Assembly (NCBI GenBank): GCA_965240465.1
Contig: OZ251219.1
Location: 192,001-256,000 of the forward strand
Origin: a bacterium
GTDB lineage: Bacteria; SAR324; JACQKK01
DNA length: 64,000 nt
Direction: 5' to 3'
Positions 31,206-39,879 of the stretch are shown piece after piece (within the stretch, counting starts at the first letter, position 1; each line of letters begins with the position of its first letter). The notes below the pieces were generated by a model. That model saw only the letters and a list, made by a program, of their open reading frames with translations. It made no database searches and had not been told where the DNA came from. The position numbers and the translations under genes were made by a program.

Positions 31206-33776
31206 ATGCCTTTACGGATACCTTATTCTTGGCTGGAGACCTATGTATCTCCTCTGCCGCCGCCCGATGAATTGGCGGAACGCCTAACCACAGCTGGATT
31301 AGAAGTGGAGACCATAGAGCGTATCGGAGCTGATTGGGATCAGGATAAACTGGTAGTAGGGGAAATTCTCTCGGTAAGCAAACATCCTCAGGCAGACCGC
31401 CTTTGCTTGGTAGAGGTTAGCTCGGGCAAAGGAAAACAGCTGACCATCGTAACTGGTGCTACCAATATAATGTCCCTGATGAACACTAAACCTGTTGGGG
31501 GTGCAAGCTTGGGTAAGGCTCCCCTAGCACTATCAGGGGCCAGGTTGATTGACCCCTATTCAGCTACCGCAGAGAAGAAACCCCTCCAGCCCAGTCGCAT
31601 TCGGGGTATTCTTTCAGAAGGCATGTTGTGCTCAGAGAAAGAACTGGGACTAGGCAATGAACATGAGGGTATTCTATTGCTACCCCCAGAAACCAAAGTG
31701 GGCACCCCGCTAACAGATGTCTATGGCGATACGGTATTGGTGTTTGATATTAAGGGCAGTTTTGGACACCTTCTCAGCGTTCAAGGGGTGGCTAGAGAAG
31801 CAAAAGCCATCTTGGGTACGATTGATAAATCAGCTGAAAAGCTGGTGAAAAGCAAATCAAAAACCTACACCGAGCAACACATAGATGAACAAATTTCATC
31901 CCTTTCGGCACCTTCATTTTTCTCATCCATTGCGAATTGCACCTCGTTTTTAGAACTTAGCATCAAAGACCCCCAGTGGTGTTCTCGTTATAGTGCGGTA
32001 CTAATTGAAGGCATACAGATGGATAACTCGCCCATCTGGATGCAAAAACGTCTACAAGCTGCTGGCATGCGACCCATTAACGCGGTGGTAGATGCTACCA
32101 ATTATGTCCTGCTGTCTCGGGGTCAGCCTCTACATGCCTTTGATTTCAACCGACTACGCGGTAAGCAAGCTCAAGCAATCGTCACGGTGAGACGTGCTAA
32201 ACCTAGAGAGAAAATCCAAACCCTTGACAACCAATCACACCTCCTGGATGAGCAAATGCTACTAATTGCCGATGCTAAAAAGCCCTTGGCTATCGCAGGT
32301 GTGATGGGCGGCAAGGAAACAGAAATTCAACCAGATACCACCGATGTACTACTGGAGGCAGCTAATTTTGATTTCCTTAACATACGCCGTACCAGTCAGA
32401 TGCTAAAAATTCGTAGCGAATCTGCTGATCTCTTTGGCAAGCGTGTAGATGCTGAGCAAACCCTAGTAGCAGCCCTTGAATGTGCCCAGCTAATTACCCA
32501 GCATTGCGGAGGTCACATCCACTCCCAAGCTGCAGATATATATACCTCCCCCAAAAAATCTGTAGCAATTGAGCTTTCGCTGGAATGGCTGGAAAGATTG
32601 CTAGGCAAGCGAATCCCCACTGCGGAAATTAAACGTATTCTCACCGCCCTCGGGCTTAAGGTCACCGGGAACGACCCTCTTTCTGTAATACCCCCCAGCT
32701 TCCGACAAGACATCTCTCAACCCGCAGATCTAGCAGAAGAAATAGCCCGCATCCATGGCTATAACCACTTCACTCCCACCCGCATGACCTCTCCCATACC
32801 CCCTCCCAGAGACAACCAACCTCTACGCTGTCAAGAACACATACGCGACATCCTAGCTGCTAGCGGATTGAATGAAATCATCACCTACTCCCTGACATCG
32901 CCTCAAGATGAACAAAAATTGCAAAATAGCTCACCACCTTCTACATCGTTTTCCTATCTGGGACTAAAAAAACCCCAAACCCCCGAACGCACTCACCTTA
33001 GACAGACCTTGCTACCAAGCATGATACGCACTGTGGCAGAGAACCTCCGTTTCTTACCGTCGGTAGCCGTATTTGAACTGGGAAAAGTATTTGCCCTGCC
33101 TGTACCCCAAAAAACCTCCTTACCCATGGAATCACTACGCTTGACAGCTGCACTTTGCGGCTTGAGAAACCAACCTTATTGGCAAAACATTGACCATAAT
33201 TCATCAGATAACTTTGACTTTTATGACCTAAAAGGCATCACTGAAACGCTTCTGACAGCCCTGCATATCGAATCCGTTACTTTCCGCACTGAAATTGCCT
33301 CATTGCATGCGGGATTTCACCCTGGTCGCCAAGCAGAAATTTGGGCGAATAATCGCTCGCTGGGATATATCGGCGAACTACATCCCTCAGCTGCGATAGC
33401 TTTTCAATTGGGTGGCCCTTCAGTCAACTTGCTGGACCTCAATGCCCAAACCCTGATTGACATGTGGCAAGAAAATCATCGCGCCCAGCCCATCAGCCCT
33501 CATCCTCCGATATATGAAGATTTAGCCTTTGTGGCTGACACCTCTTTGGCAGCTGAAGAAATCCGTCAACAGATAATCAAGGCTGGTGCCCCCTTGCTAA
33601 AAAATGTGCAACTATTTGATTACTGGGAGGGCGACACCCTGCCGAAAGGAAAAAAATCTCTGACCTATGCCCTCATCTACCAATCCCCCGAACGCACCTT
33701 GTCTGACAAAGAGGTAGCCAAAATTAGAGCTAATATTATCGGCAAATTAGAGCAAATGGGGGCCGTACTCCGCTAA
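31206..33776 (+). CDS. pheT: Phenylalanine-tRNA ligase beta subunit
   Basis: HPQADRL, SEGMLCS, GQPLHAFD, DLAEEIARIHGY, C-terminal FDX-ACB; start taken at ATG 31206. Confidence 0.97.
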   Translation: MPLRIPYSWLETYVSPLPPPDELAERLTTAGLEVETIERIGADWDQDKLVVGEILSVSKHPQADRLCLVEVSSGKGKQLTIVTGATNIMSLMNTKPVGGASLGKAPLALSGARLIDPYSATAEKKPLQPSRIRGILSEGMLCSEKELGLGNEHEGILLLPPETKVGTPLTDVYGDTVLVFDIKGSFGHLLSVQGVAREAKAILGTIDKSAEKLVKSKSKTYTEQHIDEQISSLSAPSFFSSIANCTSFLELSIKDPQWCSRYSAVLIEGIQMDNSPIWMQKRLQAAGMRPINAVVDATNYVLLSRGQPLHAFDFNRLRGKQAQAIVTVRRAKPREKIQTLDNQSHLLDEQMLLIADAKKPLAIAGVMGGKETEIQPDTTDVLLEAANFDFLNIRRTSQMLKIRSESADLFGKRVDAEQTLVAALECAQLITQHCGGHIHSQAADIYTSPKKSVAIELSLEWLERLLGKRIPTAEIKRILTALGLKVTGNDPLSVIPPSFRQDISQPADLAEEIARIHGYNHFTPTRMTSPIPPPRDNQPLRCQEHIRDILAASGLNEIITYSLTSPQDEQKLQNSSPPSTSFSYLGLKKPQTPERTHLRQTLLPSMIRTVAENLRFLPSVAVFELGKVFALPVPQKTSLPMESLRLTAALCGLRNQPYWQNIDHNSSDNFDFYDLKGITETLLTALHIESVTFRTEIASLHAGFHPGRQAEIWANNRSLGYIGELHPSAAIAFQLGGPSVNLLDLNAQTLIDMWQENHRAQPISPHPPIYEDLAFVADTSLAAEEIRQQIIKAGAPLLKNVQLFDYWEGDTLPKGKKSLTYALIYQSPERTLSDKEVAKIRANIIGKLEQMGAVLR

Positions 33777-33891
33777 TTTTCTGCTAGTATTTCTGGTATT
33801 GATGCAGATCAATCTTGGTTTTTGCTATCATAGAATAACTTTGGGATGGGGTCCTTTTATGGAAGGGGCTAGTCATCTAAGCAAGGGAGGT

Positions 33892-34349
33892 GAGGTAGTA
33901 GAGTTAGAAAACGCGGGCCGCTGTTTATGGAGGGATATAGTCCCTTACATCAAATAGAGGAAAGTCCGGGCTCCACAGAGTAGGATGCTGGTTAACGGCC
34001 AGTGGGGGCAACCCCAAGGAAAGTGCCGCAGAAAATAAACCGCCGATGGAAGATAAGCCCATTTTGGCTTAAACTTCACAGGCAAGGGTGAAAAGGTGGG
34101 GGCTATCTAGCCTTAATGTAAGAGCCCACCGCGGCGGTGGTGACATCGCTGGCATGGCAAACCCCATTCGGAGCAAGTCCAAGCAGGCAGTGATAAGGCT
34201 ACTCGTCTTTAGTGCTGCCGGGTAGGATGCTAGAAATCGTTGGCAACGACGATTCCAGATAGATGGCCCGTAGCCAATGATGGCTCTGGTGCATATTGTA
34301 TCATCATCACTGGAACAGAACCCGGCTTATTGAAAACTCTGCTACTTCG
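33892..34349 (+). ncRNA. rnpB: RNase P RNA (bacterial type A)
   Basis: GAGGAAAGTCCGGGCTCC, AGTGCCGCAGAAAA, GGCAAACCCC, GAGCAAG, ACAGAACCCGGCTTA; P1 GGTAGTAGAGTT/AACTCTGCTACT. Ends approximate. Confidence 0.96.
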
Positions 34350-34388
34350 CCTTTTTATAGTCGCTTCTTTGCTAGGAAAAACAATAGC

Positions 34389-35243
34389 ATGAATAAGAAA
34401 ATGAATTCTTTGCCTAACGAATACCACAACCAGATATTTAACCGTGACGTCATGGAGGTGCTGCGTAAATTACCTTCTGGCTGCCTTGATATGATCTACG
34501 GTGACCCTGATTACAATGTAGGGATAAATTACAATGGCCAGAAATTCAATCGTAGCTGGGAAGATTATATTGATTGGTACGGTCAGTTAAGCGAGGAATG
34601 CATGCGAGTGCTACACCCTGAAGGCAATTTGTTTTTGATAAATTACCCTCGCCAAAACGCTTGGTTGCGGGTTAAGAAATTAGAATCTTTAGCCTTTGGC
34701 GTACATGATTACGCATGGGTTTATAACACCAACATTGGTCATTCTAACCGTCATTTTACCACTGCACATCGTTCTATTTTGCATGCGACCAAGTCTAAGC
34801 ATAATAGTTTTTATAAGGAACAAGTAGCCCAGCCCTACAAAAATCAACATGACAAGCGAATTTTAGCCAGAATTAAAAACGGTCATTCTGGCCGGATGCC
34901 ATATTCTTGGTTTTATTTTGATTTGGTAAAGAATGTCTCCCAAGAAAAGACCTTCCATGCTTGCCAAATTCCCATAAAATTATTTGAAATGCTCATGCAT
35001 TCTTCTACTAAGGTAGGCGATAAAGTATTTGTTTTGTTTGGCGGTAGCGGCTCAGAGGTAGTAACTGCCAAGCACGGGCAGCGGATATTTACATCTTGTG
35101 AAATTCACCCAAAGTACTACCGATTGATTGTATCTCGCTTGTACGAAGAAAATGTCCTTTCAGCGATCAAGTCTTCTGGGGACAGATCCATTGCCTCAAA
35201 GACCAATCAACAGATTCCAATTGGGTTGGATTTATTGCCATGA
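34389..35243 (+). CDS. N4-C/N6-A DNA methyltransferase (beta-class motif order), orphan
   Basis: N-terminal catalytic motif DPDY, HACQIP, C-terminal SAM motif FGGSG; no endonuclease adjacent. Confidence 0.88.
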   Translation: MNKKMNSLPNEYHNQIFNRDVMEVLRKLPSGCLDMIYGDPDYNVGINYNGQKFNRSWEDYIDWYGQLSEECMRVLHPEGNLFLINYPRQNAWLRVKKLESLAFGVHDYAWVYNTNIGHSNRHFTTAHRSILHATKSKHNSFYKEQVAQPYKNQHDKRILARIKNGHSGRMPYSWFYFDLVKNVSQEKTFHACQIPIKLFEMLMHSSTKVGDKVFVLFGGSGSEVVTAKHGQRIFTSCEIHPKYYRLIVSRLYEENVLSAIKSSGDRSIASKTNQQIPIGLDLLP

Positions 35244-35271
35244 TAAGACCCAATCTGCATCAGCTTGCCTA

Positions 35272-36402
35272 CTAAAGCAACCTAAAATTTGCCAATGGCA
35301 TTCCTTGGGGGGATACAGCTAGTTTGCTTGAGGTAAGTTTTTTCAAGTTCACCATGGAGAGACCAAAAATATGCTCTTCAAAGGGCAGCTTACCGAGGCT
35401 AGTAATCTGGGCTACTGGGGTTTCTTCCTGTTCTGAGTTAGTAAAGGAGGAATCTTGAGGAGACCAAAGAAATGAATCACATGCAGAAGAATCCGGTGCT
35501 TCCAGCCAGAATGCTGCTAGCCGTTTTTGAAGCTTGCCCCGATGACGCAAGCGAGCATGAACTTCCTGACCTAAATAGCACCCTTTGGTCGCCGAGATAT
35601 GAGTATTCAATCCTGCTTCTGCAGTTAAATTAGCCGCATCATAATCCACTCCTGCCAAGGGACGCCCCACAGCAATACGCACCTCTTCCCAAGCTGCCCT
35701 TCCTGCCAGCTGTACCGATGAACTCAATAATGTTGCCAGTATTTCTTCTGCGTCTTCACTGGGCATAAATACCCAATACAGCGGTGGACGCGGCGGAAGC
35801 CACCAAATATCTTTGGCAGCTAGTAAAGGCATACCCTCTCCTCTTCCCCCAGTGGCAGATAACCCCCATGAGTGCAAAACTCTCTCGCTCTCCCTCCCAC
35901 TCAACCCTAGTACCAGTAGCGGTGCTTGACCAATCTCCACCTGCTCGCGAACTCTAAATCCCTCCAAATGAGCGGCTACTTCCGATAACTGACCACCAGC
36001 CGTCAATACTAAAAATTGCTCGCTATCCAAACGTAATACCTCAACCTCGTAAAGTGGCTTGCCATAACGATTGCAAAATAAATTGGGCTGAGTGTGAAAC
36101 ACATCTCTGTTTTCATCATTTTTGTCTGTTTCTCCTCTATTCTTACCAGAAATTGCTTTCCCTACCTCGTCCAAACCCGACAATCCCCGAATGTCGTTGC
36201 TGGCTAAACTATGCAGTAAACCCTCTGCATCCCGCCCCCGCACCAACAACACCCCCCTATCCTCCCACAACAACACCCCCGCACCTTCCCATAACGCCCG
36301 GGCTTCTGTTGACACATCACCATAATGCACCACCACTCCATCATTATTTAATACCCCTCCCTGAACAATATGAAATGCTTTCCAATCAGTGGTATTCATC
36401 AT
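35272..36402 (-). CDS. ygfZ: YgfZ/GcvT-like folate-binding protein
   Basis: KGCYLGQE signature. Confidence 0.85.
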   Translation of the reverse strand: MMNTTDWKAFHIVQGGVLNNDGVVVHYGDVSTEARALWEGAGVLLWEDRGVLLVRGRDAEGLLHSLASNDIRGLSGLDEVGKAISGKNRGETDKNDENRDVFHTQPNLFCNRYGKPLYEVEVLRLDSEQFLVLTAGGQLSEVAAHLEGFRVREQVEIGQAPLLVLGLSGRESERVLHSWGLSATGGRGEGMPLLAAKDIWWLPPRPPLYWVFMPSEDAEEILATLLSSSVQLAGRAAWEEVRIAVGRPLAGVDYDAANLTAEAGLNTHISATKGCYLGQEVHARLRHRGKLQKRLAAFWLEAPDSSACDSFLWSPQDSSFTNSEQEETPVAQITSLGKLPFEEHIFGLSMVNLKKLTSSKLAVSPQGMPLANFRLL

Positions 36403-36544
36403 TTTATTAAGGGAAATTTAACAATAGTACTTACCAAGCAAGCATACCGAAAAAACCATCATCAATGGGTTTTTATCTGAAAATACTATATAATTGACTT
36501 ACTTCGTAGTTTCCGCATGGAGGATCTCATGTGTGTTAATTTTT

Positions 36545-38251
36545 ATGTTCGCAATTCATCCGCGAAAAATATCATCCCTAGGTCTCTACTGTCTGTTGCT
36601 TGGTACGCTTTTATTAGCTCAGTGTGACAGCAAAAGCGATAGCCCAGCTTCCTCCAATGAGATACCTCCTGTTACTCCTGAACCTCCTGTTACTCCTGAA
36701 CCTCCTGTTACTCCTGAACCTCCTGTTACTCCTGAACCTCCTGTTACTCCTGAACCTCCTGTTACTCCTGAACCCACTTATCCTGACGATCCTCTATACT
36801 CCGTACAATGGCACCTAAACAACGACGACGATACTGATATCAACGCCCCTGAGGCTTGGGCAATAACCAAAGGAGATTCCAGTATACTGTTGTCTATTGT
36901 GGATGATGGAGTAGTAATATCCCATCCAGACTTAGCTGCTAATCACCGTGCTGGCTACAGTTATAACTATATCGACGGTGGTAGCAATCCAGACATCCCC
37001 TCCAGCGATATTGCCTCAAAGCATGGGACATCTGTGGCTGGTTTGGCAGTAGCGGTGGGTAATAATGGGATTGGCGTCAGCGGAGTAGCTCCTCAAGTTC
37101 AGTTTTTTAGCGTGAATCTTGTACAAAGATACACCCTTGCAAATTCAACAAATGCCATTTTGAGACATAAGACTGAGACAGCTGTTTCTAGCAATAGCTG
37201 GACCCGTGGTAATTCAGGATTCTTTTATCAATCTGATTCAAGCTGGAAAATTGCTCTTAATGAGGGAATCACAAATGGCTACAACGGCAAGGGAATTTTC
37301 TACGCATTTGCAACCGGAAACGATCATACCGTGAATGGCGTTCTGGCAGACAACGCTAATTACAGCGAGCATAACAACCACTACGCTATAGCTACCATTT
37401 GTGCGACTAATGATCGTGGACAGAGGGCACACTATTCATTAAAGGGAGCCAATCTGTGGGTTTGTGCTCCCTCAGGCGGCGGTACCAATGGTCTGGTAAC
37501 AACAGATGAACCTGGAGGAGAGGGTTATAATGGTTCTGATTATAACAGATCATTTACTGGCACTTCTGGTGCTACTCCTATTGTATCGGGAGTGGCAGCT
37601 TTGATGCGTTCTGCCAATTCAAGATTAGGATGGCGAGATGTGCGTCTTATTTTAGCATCCACTGCTAAAAAGATTGATGGTAGCAACGCAGGATGGTTCG
37701 CAGGAGCTGCTAGTTACAATGGCACCGATTACTCTGGCCAGAGCTATAACCATAATCATGAATATGGTTTTGGTCTTGTTGATGCTGGATCTGCTGTGAA
37801 TCAAGCTTTAAGCTGGAACAATGTAGGTAGCATGGTGGTTATAGATGGCAATAGCGAGAGCATACCTGCCAATCAACAAATTATTCCTGACAATAACGCA
37901 ACTGGGCTAAGCAGCACTATTACTGTTTCGGATGTGAATACCAACCTTGATTTTATAGAATACGTTGGGACTACCGTTGAAATAAAAGGAGATTATTATG
38001 GGAATTTAGAAATAGAATTAACTTCACCAGCAGGCACAACCAGTGTTTTGGCTGAGCAACATAGTTGTTTTAGATTAGGAAATCCAGCAAATTGTACAAC
38101 TCCCAAAAAAAATATCTATTTCGGTTCTGCCCGCCACCTGGGCGAATCTCCCAATGGAGATTGGCAATTGAGGGTCGCAGACGTTGTTGCTAATAACGAA
38201 CACGAGATTTTTTCATGGAGTCTCAAGTTTTACGGTCATAAAAAACCCTAG
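36545..38251 (+). CDS. Secreted, probably lipoprotein, S8 peptidase; kexin/furin-like with P-domain
   Basis: Catalytic VDDG, HGTSVAG, GN, GTSGATP; HEYGFGLVDA; P-domain LTSPAGT...GESPNGDWQL; LLLAQC possible lipobox. Start uncertain (36494 or 36545). Confidence 0.92.
   Translation: MFAIHPRKISSLGLYCLLLGTLLLAQCDSKSDSPASSNEIPPVTPEPPVTPEPPVTPEPPVTPEPPVTPEPPVTPEPTYPDDPLYSVQWHLNNDDDTDINAPEAWAITKGDSSILLSIVDDGVVISHPDLAANHRAGYSYNYIDGGSNPDIPSSDIASKHGTSVAGLAVAVGNNGIGVSGVAPQVQFFSVNLVQRYTLANSTNAILRHKTETAVSSNSWTRGNSGFFYQSDSSWKIALNEGITNGYNGKGIFYAFATGNDHTVNGVLADNANYSEHNNHYAIATICATNDRGQRAHYSLKGANLWVCAPSGGGTNGLVTTDEPGGEGYNGSDYNRSFTGTSGATPIVSGVAALMRSANSRLGWRDVRLILASTAKKIDGSNAGWFAGAASYNGTDYSGQSYNHNHEYGFGLVDAGSAVNQALSWNNVGSMVVIDGNSESIPANQQIIPDNNATGLSSTITVSDVNTNLDFIEYVGTTVEIKGDYYGNLEIELTSPAGTTSVLAEQHSCFRLGNPANCTTPKKNIYFGSARHLGESPNGDWQLRVADVVANNEHEIFSWSLKFYGHKKP
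36665..36772 (+). repeat. Perfect 18-bp coding VNTR x6 (PPVTPE)
   Basis: CCTCCTGTTACTCCTGAA repeated six times without a mismatch. Confidence 0.97.
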
Positions 38252-38383
38252 GGTCAGTTGTTTGACAATGTGCCGAAGGAGTGGCAACCTCAGCGAGTAT
38301 TTCTGCTCCCTAAACAATGGCAACGAATCACGGTGATTCTCACCAAAACCACTTCCTAGCGGTATATTTTTTTAGGAGACAAA

Positions 38384-39025
38384 ATGCAATTAAACACCCT
38401 GTTAATACCATCCCACCCTGTTTTGACCGCCCAATTAGGTTGGCAACGCAACATCCTGACGAAGGTTTTGTTGTGCCTAGGATTTGCTATTTTTACGTTT
38501 GCAATGGCTCAGTTGAAGATTAGGCTACCTTGGACGCCAGTGCCGATAACCGGCCAGACCCTGGCAGTGTTGTTATGTGGGATAACCTTGGGACCTCGTT
38601 TGGCAGCCGCGAGTATAGGATTGTATCTCTTGGCAGGTATATCAGGTCTACCTGTTTTTGCTGGATTCAAGGCTGGCTGGGCTGTGATAGTGGGTCCAAC
38701 TGGAGGATATTTGCTTAGTTTTCCGTTGGCAGCATCACTGGTAGGATTTTTTGCATCTCGCGGCTGGGATAGAAATCCATTACTGACAGCAATAGCCATG
38801 ACCGCAGCTTCTTTGGTGATTTATGCTATTGGACTGATATGGTTGGGCTATTGGCTAAGATTGGGAGGCAAATTGCCCGGCGGCTGGGAAGGAGCAGTAC
38901 GGACGTTCAACCTTGGAATGAAACCATTTTTGATTGGTGATGCCTTGAAAATAGTCTTGGCAATGGTGATAATGCCTTCCGCTTGGTGCTTTATTCCAGA
39001 TCGCTTCTTGTCTAGCCGGTCTTAA
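38384..39025 (+). CDS. bioY: Biotin transporter BioY
   Basis: PVPITGQT, GLPVFAG, GPTGGYL, PFLIGDALK. Confidence 0.95.
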   Translation: MQLNTLLIPSHPVLTAQLGWQRNILTKVLLCLGFAIFTFAMAQLKIRLPWTPVPITGQTLAVLLCGITLGPRLAAASIGLYLLAGISGLPVFAGFKAGWAVIVGPTGGYLLSFPLAASLVGFFASRGWDRNPLLTAIAMTAASLVIYAIGLIWLGYWLRLGGKLPGGWEGAVRTFNLGMKPFLIGDALKIVLAMVIMPSAWCFIPDRFLSSRS

Positions 39026-39091
39026 TCTGGCCTTTCTTAGACATTATGTTGTATGTCATGCGGAAACTGCTACGCCGATTAACTTAGCTGC

Positions 39092-39511
39092 TTAGTTGAG
39101 CCGAACTGGTTTGTTTTTCAGCAAGTAATCTGCTGTAGCTTGGTGTTCCACTCGTAGCATTCCGTTTTGGAGTGTACACCCTGGAGGCAGTTGTTTTTTG
39201 TTTTCGGCAAGGAATTTTTCTAGCATTTTTTCTAAGACACTCTCTCCGCCCAGAATACTCTCCAGAGCAGCAGGCAGTTTGAGCCCCAACAAAGTGTAGC
39301 TGTCCGAGGTCTCTACCACCTTAATGTGCACCGATAAAGCCCCTAATTTCCCCAGCATTCCAGGAGGACGAATACATAAACAAACACCATCCCCCTTTAT
39401 CTTGATATCATCAATCATGGCACCATTTATGTCGGGAGAAGATTTGGCTAATGCTCGTCCAAAAGCAGATAAAGCCAGGAGCAAAGAACAATCTACCTCA
39501 TTGTCACTCAT
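39092..39511 (-). CDS. Hypothetical protein
   Basis: 139-aa ORF co-oriented with and downstream of gltA; no motif recognised. Confidence 0.6.
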   Translation of the reverse strand: MSDNEVDCSLLLALSAFGRALAKSSPDINGAMIDDIKIKGDGVCLCIRPPGMLGKLGALSVHIKVVETSDSYTLLGLKLPAALESILGGESVLEKMLEKFLAENKKQLPPGCTLQNGMLRVEHQATADYLLKNKPVRLN

Positions 39512-39546
39512 AATCAGACTACAATGCTATAAAGATGTGATGTTAA

Positions 39547-39813
39547 TTATGGTTGCCAGCGGGCACGTTCCAGTGTTTTCTTGCGACGCATCTCTTGAGC
39601 CAGTGCATGCAGTCGCTCTAAGTGTAACTGAAGTGGTGACCATTCCCAATTAGGATTTTGGTGCTCTATCTCCCTTAAAACTTCCAGCGTTGTATGCCAT
39701 TGATGTAGCAACTCACTATGATCATGTTTTTCAATAGGCACTTCTGGCGTGATTGGACCAGGTTGCTGATTTTTTTTGTCAGACATTATTAGTTTTTTCT
39801 CCTCATATCGCAA
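39547..39813 (-). CDS. Small hypothetical protein
   Basis: 88-aa ORF; GAGGAG precedes an internal ATG (MSDKK). Confidence 0.5.
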   Translation of the reverse strand: MRYEEKKLIMSDKKNQQPGPITPEVPIEKHDHSELLHQWHTTLEVLREIEHQNPNWEWSPLQLHLERLHALAQEMRRKKTLERARWQP

Positions 39814-39879
39814 GCCATGACACGTCTATTCTGGTAGGTCGTAAGCCCGGATACATTGTCTACAACCATATGTGTAGCG

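Noticed and set aside
34296-34388. N-terminal extension of the methyltransferase from the ORF track
   Set aside because: It overlaps the 3' end of rnpB; ATG 34389 is more plausible.
36665-36772. CRISPR array
   Set aside because: Head-to-tail in-frame repeats with no spacers and no cas genes.
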